DNA from: Phallusia mammillata | Lineage: Eukaryota | Direction: 5' to 3' | Assembly (NCBI GenBank): GCA_965637545.1 | Contig: OZ281497.1 | Coordinates: 20,150,001 to 20,214,000, forward strand | DNA: 64,000 nucleotides | Shown: positions 28,301 to 41,100 of the stretch, piece after piece | Layout of the letters: every line of letters begins with the position of its first letter | Position numbering within the stretch: position 1 is the stretch's first letter | Notes under the pieces: generated by a model | The model's database searches: none | Seen by the model: only the letters and a program-made list of their open reading frames with translations | What the model was told of the DNA's origin: nothing | Made by a program: the position numbers and the translations under genes

Positions 28301-29568
28301 TTATAACATTTTAACATTCTGCATCTATTTCTGGCAAGGTGAATGTTTAGTGCAACTGTGTTGTTATGACTGTTTTACTCAGCAAAATAAACTCAAATCA
28401 ACCTAACTCACATATATACACAGCTACGGTACTTTGAAATTCAACAATTTTCTTTGCAATAAAGTACATGCTAAATGCAGAAAAATATACATAAAAGTTA
28501 AACTAATAAACCTTTGGTTCATGTGTGAGTTAACTTTTGGGATATCTTCACCATCATTGGAAGTTACCCCATTCTGCAAGCCATCATTCTGTATGGTATG
28601 ATTGTGAACTTGATGTCCAGGACCCACACTAGGAGGGGGTAAAGCAGTATGAGCGGGGCTTGTGTCATGAGCTGTAATTGGTGATTTTACAGCATCTGTC
28701 ACAAACAATGTTGTTTTAAAAAGTGAAAGAGATAAAATTCACTAATATATTTCATAATGGTTCGCCAAGGAAGAAAATAATAGCTGAAAATGGTTGGAAA
28801 CCATTACCCCAAAAACTGAAATGGCCTTACAAATGAAAAATTCTAATTTTAGGTTTTTGAACTAAACTTTCAGCCAAAAACTTTATGCATATCACATTCA
28901 AACCATTGGGGTCCATTTAATGGGTTAAACTAATTTAAACCGACTCAAGTCAAAGTAGTGAAAAAGTTATAATTAGGAGAAATGTTTACTTGATTCATTG
29001 GATGGTTCCTTGTTGGGACTTTGATGTTCTGGAGGATCAGCAACTGGATGAGCAATGTCAAAATGACTTTTTAGTGCTTCTGGGGAGGGAAGTGACACCA
29101 TACACATGGGACAAATGAAACCCTGTGAATAGAAGATGTTGATTAAATTGGGCAAACATAACAAACAACTTGATACTCTGAGATAGTTTAATTTATCCAA
29201 CATGACCAAAGTGGAAAACTCACAGTTTGCTCAGCAGCAGCATTGCCAGATGTTGTTTTCTGTCTCTGGCCATCACCACTCTACAAAAAAATAGGATAGG
29301 AAAAATTATTAAAACAAAAACAACGCTGAACTGTTACTATTTTACTATATGTGATTGTAAACGAGCAGTTTCCTGTAATTGGTGTGTAATAATTTACTTT
29401 TGCACACGACTACTATAAACGTACCAGAGACAAGTAGTGTGCAAACACATGGCGACTGCTGTGTTTTTGTGTTCTAAAACTGTTCTTTAAATCATGTCAA
29501 TTAATGCAAATATGTCTAAAATTACTTACCTCGTTCGTTCGAAAGTTCTTTCTTAATCGATTAAGCAT
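13367..29568 (-). CDS. EEA1: Early endosome antigen 1 (N-terminal C2H2 finger, long coiled coil, C-terminal FYVE domain); many exons
   Basis: First exon MLNRLRKNFRTNE; GFICPMCMVSLPSPEALKSHFDIAH (Rab5-binding C2H2); heptad-rich exons throughout; AMHELGRENQALQ|VKHTTTISRQWTDDRHAPQCSACSRGFTLTVRRHHCRHCGGIFCAECSSRTATVAASKNPVRVCERCFDELLVAG* with intact WxxD, RRHHCR and RVC FYVE motifs. Confidence 0.95.
15309..15461. mobile_element. Degenerate MITE of the CAGAGTTGTAAG family
   Basis: CAGAATTGTAAG...CATAATTCTG termini and CCCGA-type internal motifs shared with copies at about 21150, 33402 and 40605. Confidence 0.55.
20147..20728. mobile_element. hAT MITE, TAGGGATG family, copy 2 (carries a nested insertion)
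   Basis: TIRs TAGGGATGGGCC...GGCCCATCCTTA; perfect TSD GTAATAGC. Confidence 0.9.
20436..20608. mobile_element. Nested hAT MITE
   Basis: TIRs CAGTGTTTTTTT...AAAAAAACCCTG; near-perfect TSD GACAAGGG/AACAAGGG; the segment is absent from the homologous copy at 4515-4916. Confidence 0.82.
23052..23143 (+). repeat. 43-bp direct duplication (period 49) that includes a hAT-like left end
   Basis: TATATTTTTCTTCCTTTGTAGCAGAGGTTCTCAACCCTTTGTT at 23052-23094 and 23101-23143. Confidence 0.9.
23950..24129. mobile_element. hAT MITE
   Basis: TIRs CAGTGGTGGGATTCA...TGAATCCCACCACTG; perfect TSD GTTAATAT. Confidence 0.9.
26500..26690 (+). repeat. Imperfect local duplication in an EEA1 intron
   Basis: TTTAATGCTTTTGT(A/G)AAAACAGGT(C/T)ATCAGCTGTTAT occurs twice about 96 bp apart; ATCATGGAATAA is also repeated. 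Confidence 0.7.
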
Positions 29569-29943
29569 TGTCCTCTGCCTTTTCTCGCCTATACAATGTT
29601 GTATTAAAATATTCTATGCTAACAGAACTAACACACAAAACTTTAAATGTGTTTAGTAGCTGCACAGGCGAAAACAAAATCATTCGCCCATCACGGTTTC
29701 TACCTAATGAAGCGTGACACCATCTGGTGTTTTATTTCTATGAGGCATTTTTGTTTGTTTTCTGCATATTTGTTAAACAACATAAACCCAGCAGCATTGA
29801 TCAAACAAAATAAACCAAAAACAATCATTTACCCCTTGGTCTGTTTTTATTCTATTCTGGAACTGCAAATAGCCTGTTATCTCGCGAGAGTTTTTGTAAA
29901 CATCGTTACCAAGTTTATTTGACAGTTCAACGCAAAACGATAT

Positions 29944-32900
29944 TTACAATTCGGTCATCTCAACACTTTTGCGCCGTGGATTCGCGTTTAGTTGCTGAAA
30001 CAGTCCTCGGGCATAGTTTATAGTACGGGGAATGGCACTGGAGTAGAGCAGCGGACTGATGGCGCTGTTCATTGGCAGAAGAACAATCGCTGCCACGACA
30101 TAGGCGTCTCCTTGGATAACGACGCCCGAAAAACTGAGGTAAGCCAAAATGTAGATTGGAACCCAGCATAAAAAGTTCGCAGCTGTGAGACGGAACACTT
30201 TCCATTGCATGGTAACTAAAACATGAAAATAATTTGTGAGAAGCCGAGATCAAAATATATGCCATTTAACTTTGGTATAGTCGGTCGTTTATAAGGACTT
30301 TAAACTCTTGAAACACAATTTAACTGGGTAGTTTTGTTTCTGTTGCACACTTTTAGCTTCATAAATGTGTTTTAGGGATTGACTAGTAACAAAAAGGCTA
30401 TTGTATTGGACTTATAGGCTACAACCAAGAAGGCAAAAGTCTGAAAACTTTGTGAATAGTCGTGTGTTTCATTGAGTTTCATGTCATGCAATTGGAAGAA
30501 AAATGAAGCGATTATGTTATGCAATCACGTTGTGATACTGCCTGGTCAAATTTGTCGGCTTTTGTTGCGCAACCAATTTGAAAGCAAATGTTTGATAAAT
30601 ACTGTACCTGCATCGGCTTTGAAGGTGCCCCCAGCGGAACGCATTACGGTTTTCATGTAGATGGCAAGGTAAAGAGCGGCTATGGCGACAAACGAAAGAA
30701 AGTTGAAGTTGGTGACGATGAGAGAGAGAACCCAGTGCGGACTGTTGTGAGCCGGAAACAGGTCGGGAATACAAACGCTATGCGTGCTGTAGTATCTGCA
30801 CAAAGACCAAAATTGAGTAATAATTAATACCTAGTTTATGATGTTATCTATTTTGGTACAAGTGAGGGTAAAACACAAGCAAAAAAACGTCCATGGAAGC
30901 TTAAAAGGGTGACCTTTATAGTAGGCTATGTGTTGCTTTTTTCTACGAACATATGGGAACACCGGAGTCAAAAACACCCCAACCAATTTTAAAATAATGA
31001 TGTTTAGTTTGAAGTGATCGTATAGTAAATTGCATAGTAAAAAAATAAAAAAAATGTCCAGGACCACCAGTAATAGGACGCTGAGATCATCCTAATAAAA
31101 ATATAAAATATTTAGCCGCTCAATAAAGGACAGAACTGCTAGGTAGGACTGAACTCGCTGTAATGTTTATGGTGATGGTGCCATAAAAAGTGGTTTAGCC
31201 TACCTAAATCAAACTTACGTAAATCTTGCACGAATTTTGAAGTTCTCCGCTCGCCCGGTTAACCTCATATTTATCTTCTGCAATGTTCCCCATTCTGACG
31301 CTTTGTAAATCTCGGCATCAATGTTCTTCTGACCGGTGCTGTTTCCCAGCGCGAGAAATGCCGAGTAGCGATAGAGGAACTGTTTGCCAGCAGTTAGATT
31401 GGCATTGGCGTGATCCAGGAACGGGTTGTCGTAGATCCAGACCCGGTCAGGCACGGCTCGGCGATAGAGCTGTGTAAGCGGAAGCCAGGCAATCACAATG
31501 GAGATGATCCAAATAAGGGCAATGAGAGGCAAGATGAGTTTCAGATGTGGTTGTGTGTTGGCTTTGTACGGCTAGAAACAGAAAGGCAATCTTGTAGTGT
31601 TAAAAATTCTGATACACTAAATATAAGGATGTGGTTATGCAATTCTTATCAGGTGGATAATAAAGCATTCTATTCCAACAATTTGTTTTAATATATTTCC
31701 TATTTCAAGTGATTTTTCGCTGTTATAGGCTATAGTGTTTCGATCGATCATTTTACAAAGCGCCCGGAAAATGGACCTTAGGTGAATTGACATGCTTTTA
31801 AAACATCGATTCTATATGGCCAAATTACATTCTTGGAACACCTTAAAATAGACAAATAACAAACATACTCCCACTAACCTTTAATACGGAATAAAATCTG
31901 ACAACAGTTAGAAGCAAAAGGGTCTGCACTGAAGTTTCGGTTGACACGACCACCAGAGTGCCCATCCAGGAACACACACTGCTTGATCTCCAGCTGAGTT
32001 CTGCTTGGCAATAAACACCTCTCAGTCGTTCGTAGGAGATCCCAAGACAGAGCAAGTAAATCACCATGACCATATTAGCTAGAGTCAGATTCAGCACTAA
32101 CAGGTGGTTGGCTCGTAACGAGGAGAGGACATCAAGTTTACGTCGCATTTCACTCAATGTGCGTGTTTCTTGCACGAACACGATCTGCAAGAAAACGTTT
32201 TTGATATAGTACGTATAGAAACCGGATCACTTGAGATCCAATGCATTTGAAATAGTTCATGATGGAGATTTAAAAACTGTATAAAATGTAGTGCACACAG
32301 TGGTGAACTGATTAAGCATTTCGACTTGAAATATATTTCTTTAAAACCGAATTTCAAAACGTGACATAAACATATGACCACCCTCAGTCAGTGTATAATT
32401 ATATATGCAACTATCTCCATCTTATCGCCAAAAGTGGATGTCCTGTGGACCACGAGTTAAGAACCATACTGCCTTGTATTAATGGTTTATTTTAATTTGA
32501 ACAAAAGTTCGGTTTGTATTTGCCCAATCACCAGTCACTTAATTGGTTTGCAAAAAACGTCGTAATGTTCTAGCAAAAAACACTTACGATGTTGCCGACT
32601 AAAGCAAAGAGTAGAATCATCCAAACCAACACAAACAGGATGGTGTTTCCGACAAGCGCATATCTCGAGTGAAACAGCAATGAGTTGGAGCCATTTTGTT
32701 CAAGACACTCGTCACTTCCGTCCGCACAATCTCGTCTCCCATCGTTAATCTAAAGCAACAGAAATTTTTGGGGTTTAACTATTTGCCGTTTTTAAACTGG
32801 CGATTTAAACCTAAATTCGAGAATTAAATGATTTAGGGCACAACAAATAACCTGTGTGAAAAGATACGACGAACAATATACAAGTAAAGTTGTATGAGAC

Positions 32901-35900
32901 AAAGAAAGCTGTTGATTAAAATTCTACAATTATTTCTATTTGACATCTGAGTCACATAAGGATGAAAACGAATGGTTCTTCTCAGTCATTTCCCACCAAA
33001 TTTTTGACACGGAATTATTTTTGACATGCAATTTTTGACACAATTTGCAACAAAATACAATTGTAGTCTGGAAGTGTCATCAAGCGGTAAAATTTTAACG
33101 ACAACGTTAATTGCGTTTACCAATCTCACAAAATTTTTACAATAGTGACTGTGTGGTGTGTAATTACATCACACTCAGTTGTAAGCAAAGGAGGAAAATA
33201 TTCCTTGCGCAAAATGCAGGAAAATATGATAAATACGAACCCTGGAGGCTCGAACGTAGGGCGGCGACCCGGATGTACAATAATGTCGACCATCAGTTGT
33301 ACTACAGTTCAGTTCGTCAGCTCCATTGATACAGTCCACTTTGTAATCGCACCTTCCACACTGTTCAAAAGCCGCCTGCAAAATTACCACCAGGTGTTAT
33401 ACAGAGTTGTAAGCGAGTCCGAATTTCGAGTTCCAACCGGAACGTAATAGCCCGACCCGAACTCGAATCGCTTTTAAGAAGCCCATATATGTCCGAAAGA
33501 TTGATTGACAGGCTAAATACTTTTACCTAAAAGTCTACAAAAAGTACGGCTGTATAAAGAATATCTAAAAAGAAAACGTACAGAACGAACAAGAATAGAC
33601 ATTGTCTTTAAACAAAACGTAACTTATATTATAGGGCTGTTGGGCATTAAGATAATTTCAGCAACTTGCAACTCAGCTAGTTCATTGCGGACACAGAATG
33701 TGGAATCATGGTTGAATCAAGTCCGTTTGCTAATAAAAACTACCCCGAACCCGACCGATTCCCAAATCAGGCCAGACAATTTTAAAGCGTTTTACAATAA
33801 ATAATATTTCGTTCTCTGACATGCAGTTTGAGACCATTAAACAGCAATTTTTGCAGCGTTAAAATAAGATTTTTAAAAATAGACTAGGACAACAAAATGT
33901 TTGGTGATTCAAGACAGGTTTTGGCCTTAAAAGCGCAAGATCGTTTATCCTCACAATGATAATGCCAACATTAATGGCTAACAGAGGGCGTGTTATGCTG
34001 CATACAGACGAGTGACGCACTCCTCTTTAGATTTTATAACCGCTTAACATTTTTATGTTATTATTAACATTCGTGTCATGAGCAATATTTTGGTCGCCCA
34101 AACTAAGTTAACGCCATATAAACAGACACGTTTCATGTGCCCGATGAGGCATATTTTAAGTCAGGGGTGGGCAACCTTTGTTACTGATAGGGCCAATTAT
34201 AAATGTCAAAATTGGTTCGCGGGCCGCACATGTGCATAACACCAAGTGATTTTGCTTTGTTTCTTACCAAATATGCTTAACTACAAGTATAATTCGTATT
34301 TGATTCTAGCCACATTTTGCCAGATCGCAGAAAACTAGCATCAGGCGCATTAATCAGCTCAAAAATATGTAATAATTGGACTCGTTTGCCAGTACTTTTG
34401 AAATCCAAGCGTCTCTGCATGCGGGCCGCACAACCTTTAATGAAGGGCCGCATGCGGCCCGCGGGCCGCAGGTTGCCCACCCCTGTTTTAAGTCATTCCA
34501 TCACTTATCACTATTGCTATAGCCGGATAAAAACGATTTGGTATTTTGCTTTTCCCTGCTTTGTTATTTGTTCAAAGTAGCCTACTTTTTCTTATGTTGT
34601 GGGCAGAATGTACGTGACATACGAAACACTTTGGCCACACATTGTACCCTGTTTTTGTCGATGAGGTTGACCTCACAAACGCTATCTACTGCCATGCGGT
34701 CTTGATAATATAGAGTCGATTCTTCGCACATAGTGCAGTCCTGCAAAAGTAAATACAAACATAACGTTTCATGCTTTAAATGAAAGTAATGAGATGTTTC
34801 CAATACTTACGGGACATGGGTCCTTAATGGGACAAAGGTCGGGGTTATCTTGTGCAGTGTTGTTGTCCGCTTTAAGAACATACCTTACAAAAATGTTAGC
34901 TTTAATTTTTTTTGGGATCGGCTTATACCGTTTTAATTGGGCTAATGTGACGTGAAAGTACGTGAAGTATAAATTATGATGCCATTATAAATACCGTTTT
35001 CGTGGCTTATGTCATACATTTGACAACAAAGTTCGCTTCTAAATTTATAACAACGTTATAAAAACTATACGTTCGGAGAAAAATCAACTATCCCATATGC
35101 TCTTACAGTATTTTTAATTCAATCACGAAATTAGTTGCGATAAAAAATGATAAAACAAATCGTAGCACAACTTTCCAGAAACGAAATAAAGTGTGTACAT
35201 TATTTAATGCTTCGTCATGATTAGTTCAGCAAAATGAACTGGATGTATAATAGCTTCAATTTCTGTTTGTTTTTGCAACTTGTGCTTATCGTGTTGACAT
35301 TAAATTATATGACCTACATTTATAGAGCCCCAAGGAAAATGTAATGTATACGAATGCAAAAAACTGTATAACAGCCTCACCTTGCCGGTATAGCCTTGCA
35401 AAATTCTGGCGCATTTCCAGGACAAAAACACTCATCCGATTTATCAGCACAATCCAATACTCCGTCACAAATACTTTGCTTTGGCACAAAGGTTTTGTCG
35501 TTGCACACGAAAAAGGCACTGTGTAAAAACAAACTATTTTTGTTATTACCGATTAAAATTACCGATTTGTAGAAGTTTAGAAAGCAAGTGGAGTGAGTAA
35601 GTTTCGGTTACAAAAGGAATGTGTGACCAATACATGCACCGAAAGTAGAGTTAGATTTCGGTTCAGAAATAGAAAATCCCAGGATCAGGTCTGCCCGTGG
35701 GTTTCACTGTTTTTGCACTGTAGCCGATTTTGCGTTCCGTTAAAAGCATTTTTCCGTCAGGTGAATGCATATTTAATGATTATATAGTTGATCATCGTCA
35801 AAAGTACCACCTATAGACCTACTTTATACAACGGCTTTTACCAATCTGAACGTGTACTTACCTAAGATCTTGTTCATCTTCCCCTTTATCACAATCCCAC

Positions 35901-37106
35901 AGTCCGTCCAGAACTAATGCTTGGGGTATGTTGCACAGTCTTCCGTTTCGCACACATTTCAAACCAGGGCCTGAGGCGATTTCACCCTCACTACAGCAAC
36001 CATCACAGTGTCCATTGCACAGGGTGGCACGCGGGGCACAACAGTTGTTGCTACATCTGTAATGTGTGCTACAACCGACGTCGCATTTATTGATGCCAAA
36101 CCGAGTGAGAGGGGTTGTGATTTTGCAGAACGCATCTTCTGAAACTCTACACTGAACGACTGTCATGTACCCAAGGTGGAAGCAACTAAAATAAAAAAGT
36201 TGTTTAAATATGTTTATGTAACGTCAAACAATGAAAAAGCACGGAGCCAATAAATGATAAGCTGCAGACGGTACACAAGGTCTTATCAGTACAGCTGGTG
36301 ACAATCGCACAACATAGGTTGGACATGGCTTTTAGGCCTGTTCCTCCCAACAAACTGGAGTGCCGTTTGATGGCTACACTAGCCAATACGGCCGATCTCT
36401 CGTCACCAGCTGCATCGATGAGACCTTAGGTCGAAACAGTCGTGCACTTTCTGCAGCTGATATAAAATGGTTCGCTTAGGTTGATGTAGTTTACGTCTAC
36501 ATGGATGCAATGTTTTTAACTTTCGATCTTACCTTAGTTCAACGTTTTCCGGGTTCTGAGTTGTGACATGTTTAGCGGTTATGCCACCGTCGCATAAACT
36601 GGCGTTATATCCGAAGTCTGGTGAACACAAACCTGCAAAGTTTAAGTGGTATAACGTGATACGGACGCCACATCAAGCAAATACGTTGCAGTCAGAAGCT
36701 AATGTATTTTTTCTAGGCTTATTGAAATGTACTTTTTACCGGCGGGACACTGCTCTTCAATGTAACTTATAAATAGTTTCAACTGTAAAATACTTTTATA
36801 ACTTGCTTATAATTAGTTCAGTTTTCGATCAACTGGCGTAAAGTTATACAAATACTCGTTTTTTTTATTAACGACTTTAGGGGCAAGTGGTACATGCCCC
36901 CTCTTGCCCCTTCGTGTTGGCGCCCATGCGACTTTGTGATTATTTTAAAGTGTTCTGGCACTAAGAATTAGACGATATTAATATGTAACCGGGAAGACAA
37001 AGTCTTTGTTTAGCTTATACTTACCAAGATTAATGAACGGAGTTCCAAAAGCAGACGGAAATATACAATTCCAAGACAGAAACAAAACCATCCACGACGC
37101 AAGCAT
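29944..37106 (-). CDS. Class A GPCR with several LDL-receptor class A repeats (RXFP/GRL101-like 7TM, no LRRs found); some N-terminal exons unresolved
   Basis: Signal-peptide exon MLASWMVLFLSWNCIFPSAFG (37106-37025). LDLa motifs LDGLWDCDKGEDE, CDGVLDCADKSDEC, CDYKVDCINGADELNC and INDGRRDCADGSDEC. TM segments ILFVLVWMILLFALVGN, HLLVLNLTLANMVMVIYLL, CSWMGTLVVVSTETSVQTLLLLTVVRF, FLCWVPIYIL and LLPMNSAISPLLYS. Confidence 0.88.
34162..34485. mobile_element. hAT (Buster/Charlie-like) MITE
   Basis: TIRs CAGGGGTGGGCAACC...GGTTGCCCACCCCTG; perfect TSD TTTTAAGT. Confidence 0.92.
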
Positions 37107-38115
37107 CTCGAACGAGGTGTCACAATCAGACAGTCAAAATCCTTCACAAGTGACAAGGAATTCAGCTTTCTAAATTTCTTTCGATGGTTTTGTTACCAAC
37201 GTGCTCATCACTAACAGCAGCGTGCATCGAAATTAGTTAAGTAACGTTGCGAGCCACAGACAACGCGTCAAATCAGCCACTAACTGTATAAATTGATACG
37301 GACATGATATGAATCAATAGCAAAAAATGAGCTTCTAATGTAACAACAAAGCTACTGTTTAATCTAAGGGTTTAAAAGACGAACGAAAGGATGTCGACCA
37401 GACTGTAATAGCCGACACGCTAAAATTTCGGTCTTTCTCATGTCAGGCTTGTCATATTGTATTCCTGGAAAATGCCGTACATCATCTGCGGAAACTCTGA
37501 TCACTTATACGTTTGACGTGGTAAACGCAAGGCCTAAAGCACTATGGTAAAATGCACCGACTTACAGGTTTCGAATTCACTTAATTACTTGACTGACTTT
37601 GGTTTCTAGCTAAACGTTTCTGGCTTTGGTTTCTAGCTAAATCGTTTCTACACATTTAAGGCTGAAATTGAGAATGAATGAATGACTAAACTTTCCGGAA
37701 GCACACCAATATATTTATAGCTCTTTATTTAGCATCTATTGCACTCAAGAATGTTTCTTTTTTAGTTGATCACCTTCGGTAAAACTGCGAACTTCAGTTT
37801 CGTCTTTGTTTTCCAGAATGATATACTTTTTACAATTCCCTAATTAATCTTTGAATTTAACACCCAATAGATACTTTAACCTTGTATACATATTTGTTCT
37901 AATTGTTTTGATAATTCTTCGACATACAAGAGCAAAGCGTGTAGCGCAACGTCAACCAACAGTGGAAATCATGTTCGGGAACAGAAAATTTGAACATGCA
38001 ACGTTGTTTCAACTTTTTACCAGTAGCAACAGCGAGGGAAAAGGTATGGCAGCTAAACTCGATCACATGCAGCTGGCTTTATTGTGAAGTGTCAAATATA
38101 TGTTCAGAAATATGA

Positions 38116-41100
38116 CTAATTTTTGGCAAAGCGTAGATCGAGCACAAATGAGGGTCGCGTAAGTGGGGTTTCGGTGTTTTCCCTGAAAAGTTGGGACTTT
38201 TGCCAGGCACAATCCCCTTCGCCCCCACTCAGACTAGCCGTGATGGAGAAAACACGTGACCCACAACACACTGACGTCACATTTTCCGCTTTGCCTGTAG
38301 AAAATATTTAATGAGTTGATTCGTGCAATTTAGTTAAGTATTTTGAAAAAAGTTTAATAGACAAGATAGGGCATTGGTTTATGTTTATAAGAGGAACTTA
38401 AAGTAACTAAAAAAAGACCAACATTGTAACTATTTTACAAAGTATATGATTTAATTAAATTTAGTCCAATACTCTCCGGACCAAGCGCCAATAACCATTG
38501 TTTTGCCGATCATTTTTAGACTATCGTGACCTCTTATGGCGAAGAAGCAAAAATCCGTTTAAGCTGTTTGTGTGCAAAATAAATCTACCATATCCTTACC
38601 CGGTTCGACAACTTGAGTTTTCTTGTCCGAACTCGCAAGCCAAGCGACCTTCCCACTTTCAAAGGTGGTACTTTCAACCTTAACTCTTCCCTCGGTAAAG
38701 TGAACTCCCAGAGGCAGTTGGACTCTCCACATTACGACGGAGCGATCGCTATCTCCAGTACGACACAAATACGACTAAATGGGACAGTGTTCCGTGTCAA
38801 AAATTGGGGTATTAAGTACTGCTTTACGATCATCAGTTTGTATACGGCGTGCTTAAATTTTCCAATGCACTTTTGCCCTATTTATATTTTATAAGACTGG
38901 CTGTATGGTGTTTTTAAAACTGGGCTCCAAGAAAATTTAAACAACTAAAAACTGTAGTTACGTAGTTTCTAAAATCTTTATCGAGTAGGGCAGTAATCTT
39001 TTATATTTCTCTACAAATGTCAACAGCAACAAAAAATCTTAAGGCGATTACCATTTTCCAATCCAACTCTTCTTTAAGTTGAATACCCTGCGATATAAAG
39101 ACCAGTGATTGCCAATCGTATATCGTCTCATCGTTATTAGACGACCTGGTGTACCTAGAAAAAACAGAACGAAATAATATATAAACCTGCATTGATGTAC
39201 GTTACACAATGTAACTTACTCGTTGGTGTGGGAAAAGTAACGCAATTTAACGATTCCTTTCGTTAATTCTGCTTCCGTTGGTTCGATGGCAGATGACTTC
39301 AGAACAGGGGCAGATGATGGCCCAGCTCCGTCCTTGCTGGTTTCACCCCGAGCCAATCTCCAGGCCATTGAGCCCGATGTGCGGCCCCCGTATTCTCCAT
39401 TCACCCTCTTTTCGGATGACAGCTCCTGCTTTTCCACTTCTAATCGCCTTCGAAGTTCTTTCTACCAACGCATCATTGATTTAGGTTTACTGGTTGCAAA
39501 GTAGGTATTTCGGGGGGCTATTGAAGGTGTAATTCCGAATCAAGCCGATCTCCCAGCAAGCGTTCCAATAAGGTAGGACGTAACACTAGAAAAATCTGTG
39601 GGGTTCGAACCCACGGCAAGAGCTTTTCCGGGACTCGCCTTTTACCAACTCAGCTACACAAGCTCAGTGGTGAACCCGTCCATAGTCGGATCATAAGCAC
39701 CGTTGCCTGCCACGTATGCTGCACATGTCAGCTTCGTTATAGGGGATCGCCAGTTATTTCAGGAGATTTGTTTTTTCCGACGCCCGGATTGTATAATTAA
39801 ACACGCTTGAATATTCAATGCTTTGTGAATTACGCAGTACTGTGCAGCTTACAATTTTTACCGCCATCATCAATGTGCTTTTGTACTTTAATTACATTAT
39901 TTTGAAGAAAAAAAAAAACGATTATGTAAACCCACATTACATTCCATTATTCCACAATTAGCTCATGCGTAGTAGACTGATTTAAATACAAGGCATCAGT
40001 CTCTAGTATTGTTTTTGTTTGGAGCGGTTCGTGGTGTGACTCCATAACGCGTGCTGTGATCATTGACTAGCAGAAACGTTTGTGGTGGCACCAGAAGACA
40101 GACGTGTAACATAAAGGTCAACCAAGATCAAAGGGTTAGTGCATTCCAGGTTCGCACAGCAAAACAGTTTTTTTTGCAGCTTGGAAAGTACAAATAATAA
40201 TTTCACCAACCGAGAACAAAGTTGCCGTTAATGTCGCATAGATAAACGTTCCTGTTCAAAAGTATTTGTTAGGTTACAGTTACTGAGTGCAGCTTTAGCT
40301 ACCACTCATATTAAACAACTCAAGCTAAGATGAAAATGACATTTATTCGTGGGAGCCGAAACATTCGGGCTAAAGGTGCACATAATAACGTGTTTTTTCA
40401 TCATAGAGTGATTTTGGATTTAGGCAACGCATTTGCATTGAATTTTGGCCTATATATGTACACAATTACTTGATATTGTAAACCATCCATGTAACTATAT
40501 ATGTATGTGTCAAAACTTGAACCCCTCTTGCAAAATTGTCTAACGGCGCCCATGCATCTATTACTGCATATTGGATTATGTATAAAGCTTTCAATCAGCC
40601 TGGCCAGAGTTGTAACTGGGCCCGAATCCGAAAGTAAAGCCCGAACCTGGATCGTTTTGGAGAAGCCCGATTAGGTCCGAAAGTTTGATTGCCAAGCCTA
40701 TAATAAAGAAGACCTACACAATGGACAATAGTAGACAATAGCTTCAACAAGACGTGTTAGGGCTGTTGGGCAAGCCCAGCAACTAGCTACTCAGCTCGGT
40801 AAATTGTATTTAAAAAATTATGGACACAGAACGTGAAGTGAGGCCTGAATTAAGCCTGTTTGTCACAAAAACCAAAGCCCGAACTCGACTCGACTTACAA
40901 CTCTGGGCCGGGCTATAACTATGATAATTTATATTTACCCGAACATAATTTGTATTTACCAAACGTTGTGGAGGCATCGATGAAACGGCTGACGCGTTCA
41001 GCAAATCAATCTGTTCGTCCAACCACTTCCGGTCGAACATTGTCATTTGGCGTTGCGTCACCGACTTTGGATCGGCAGTGTAGCGCATGGTGACGTCAAC

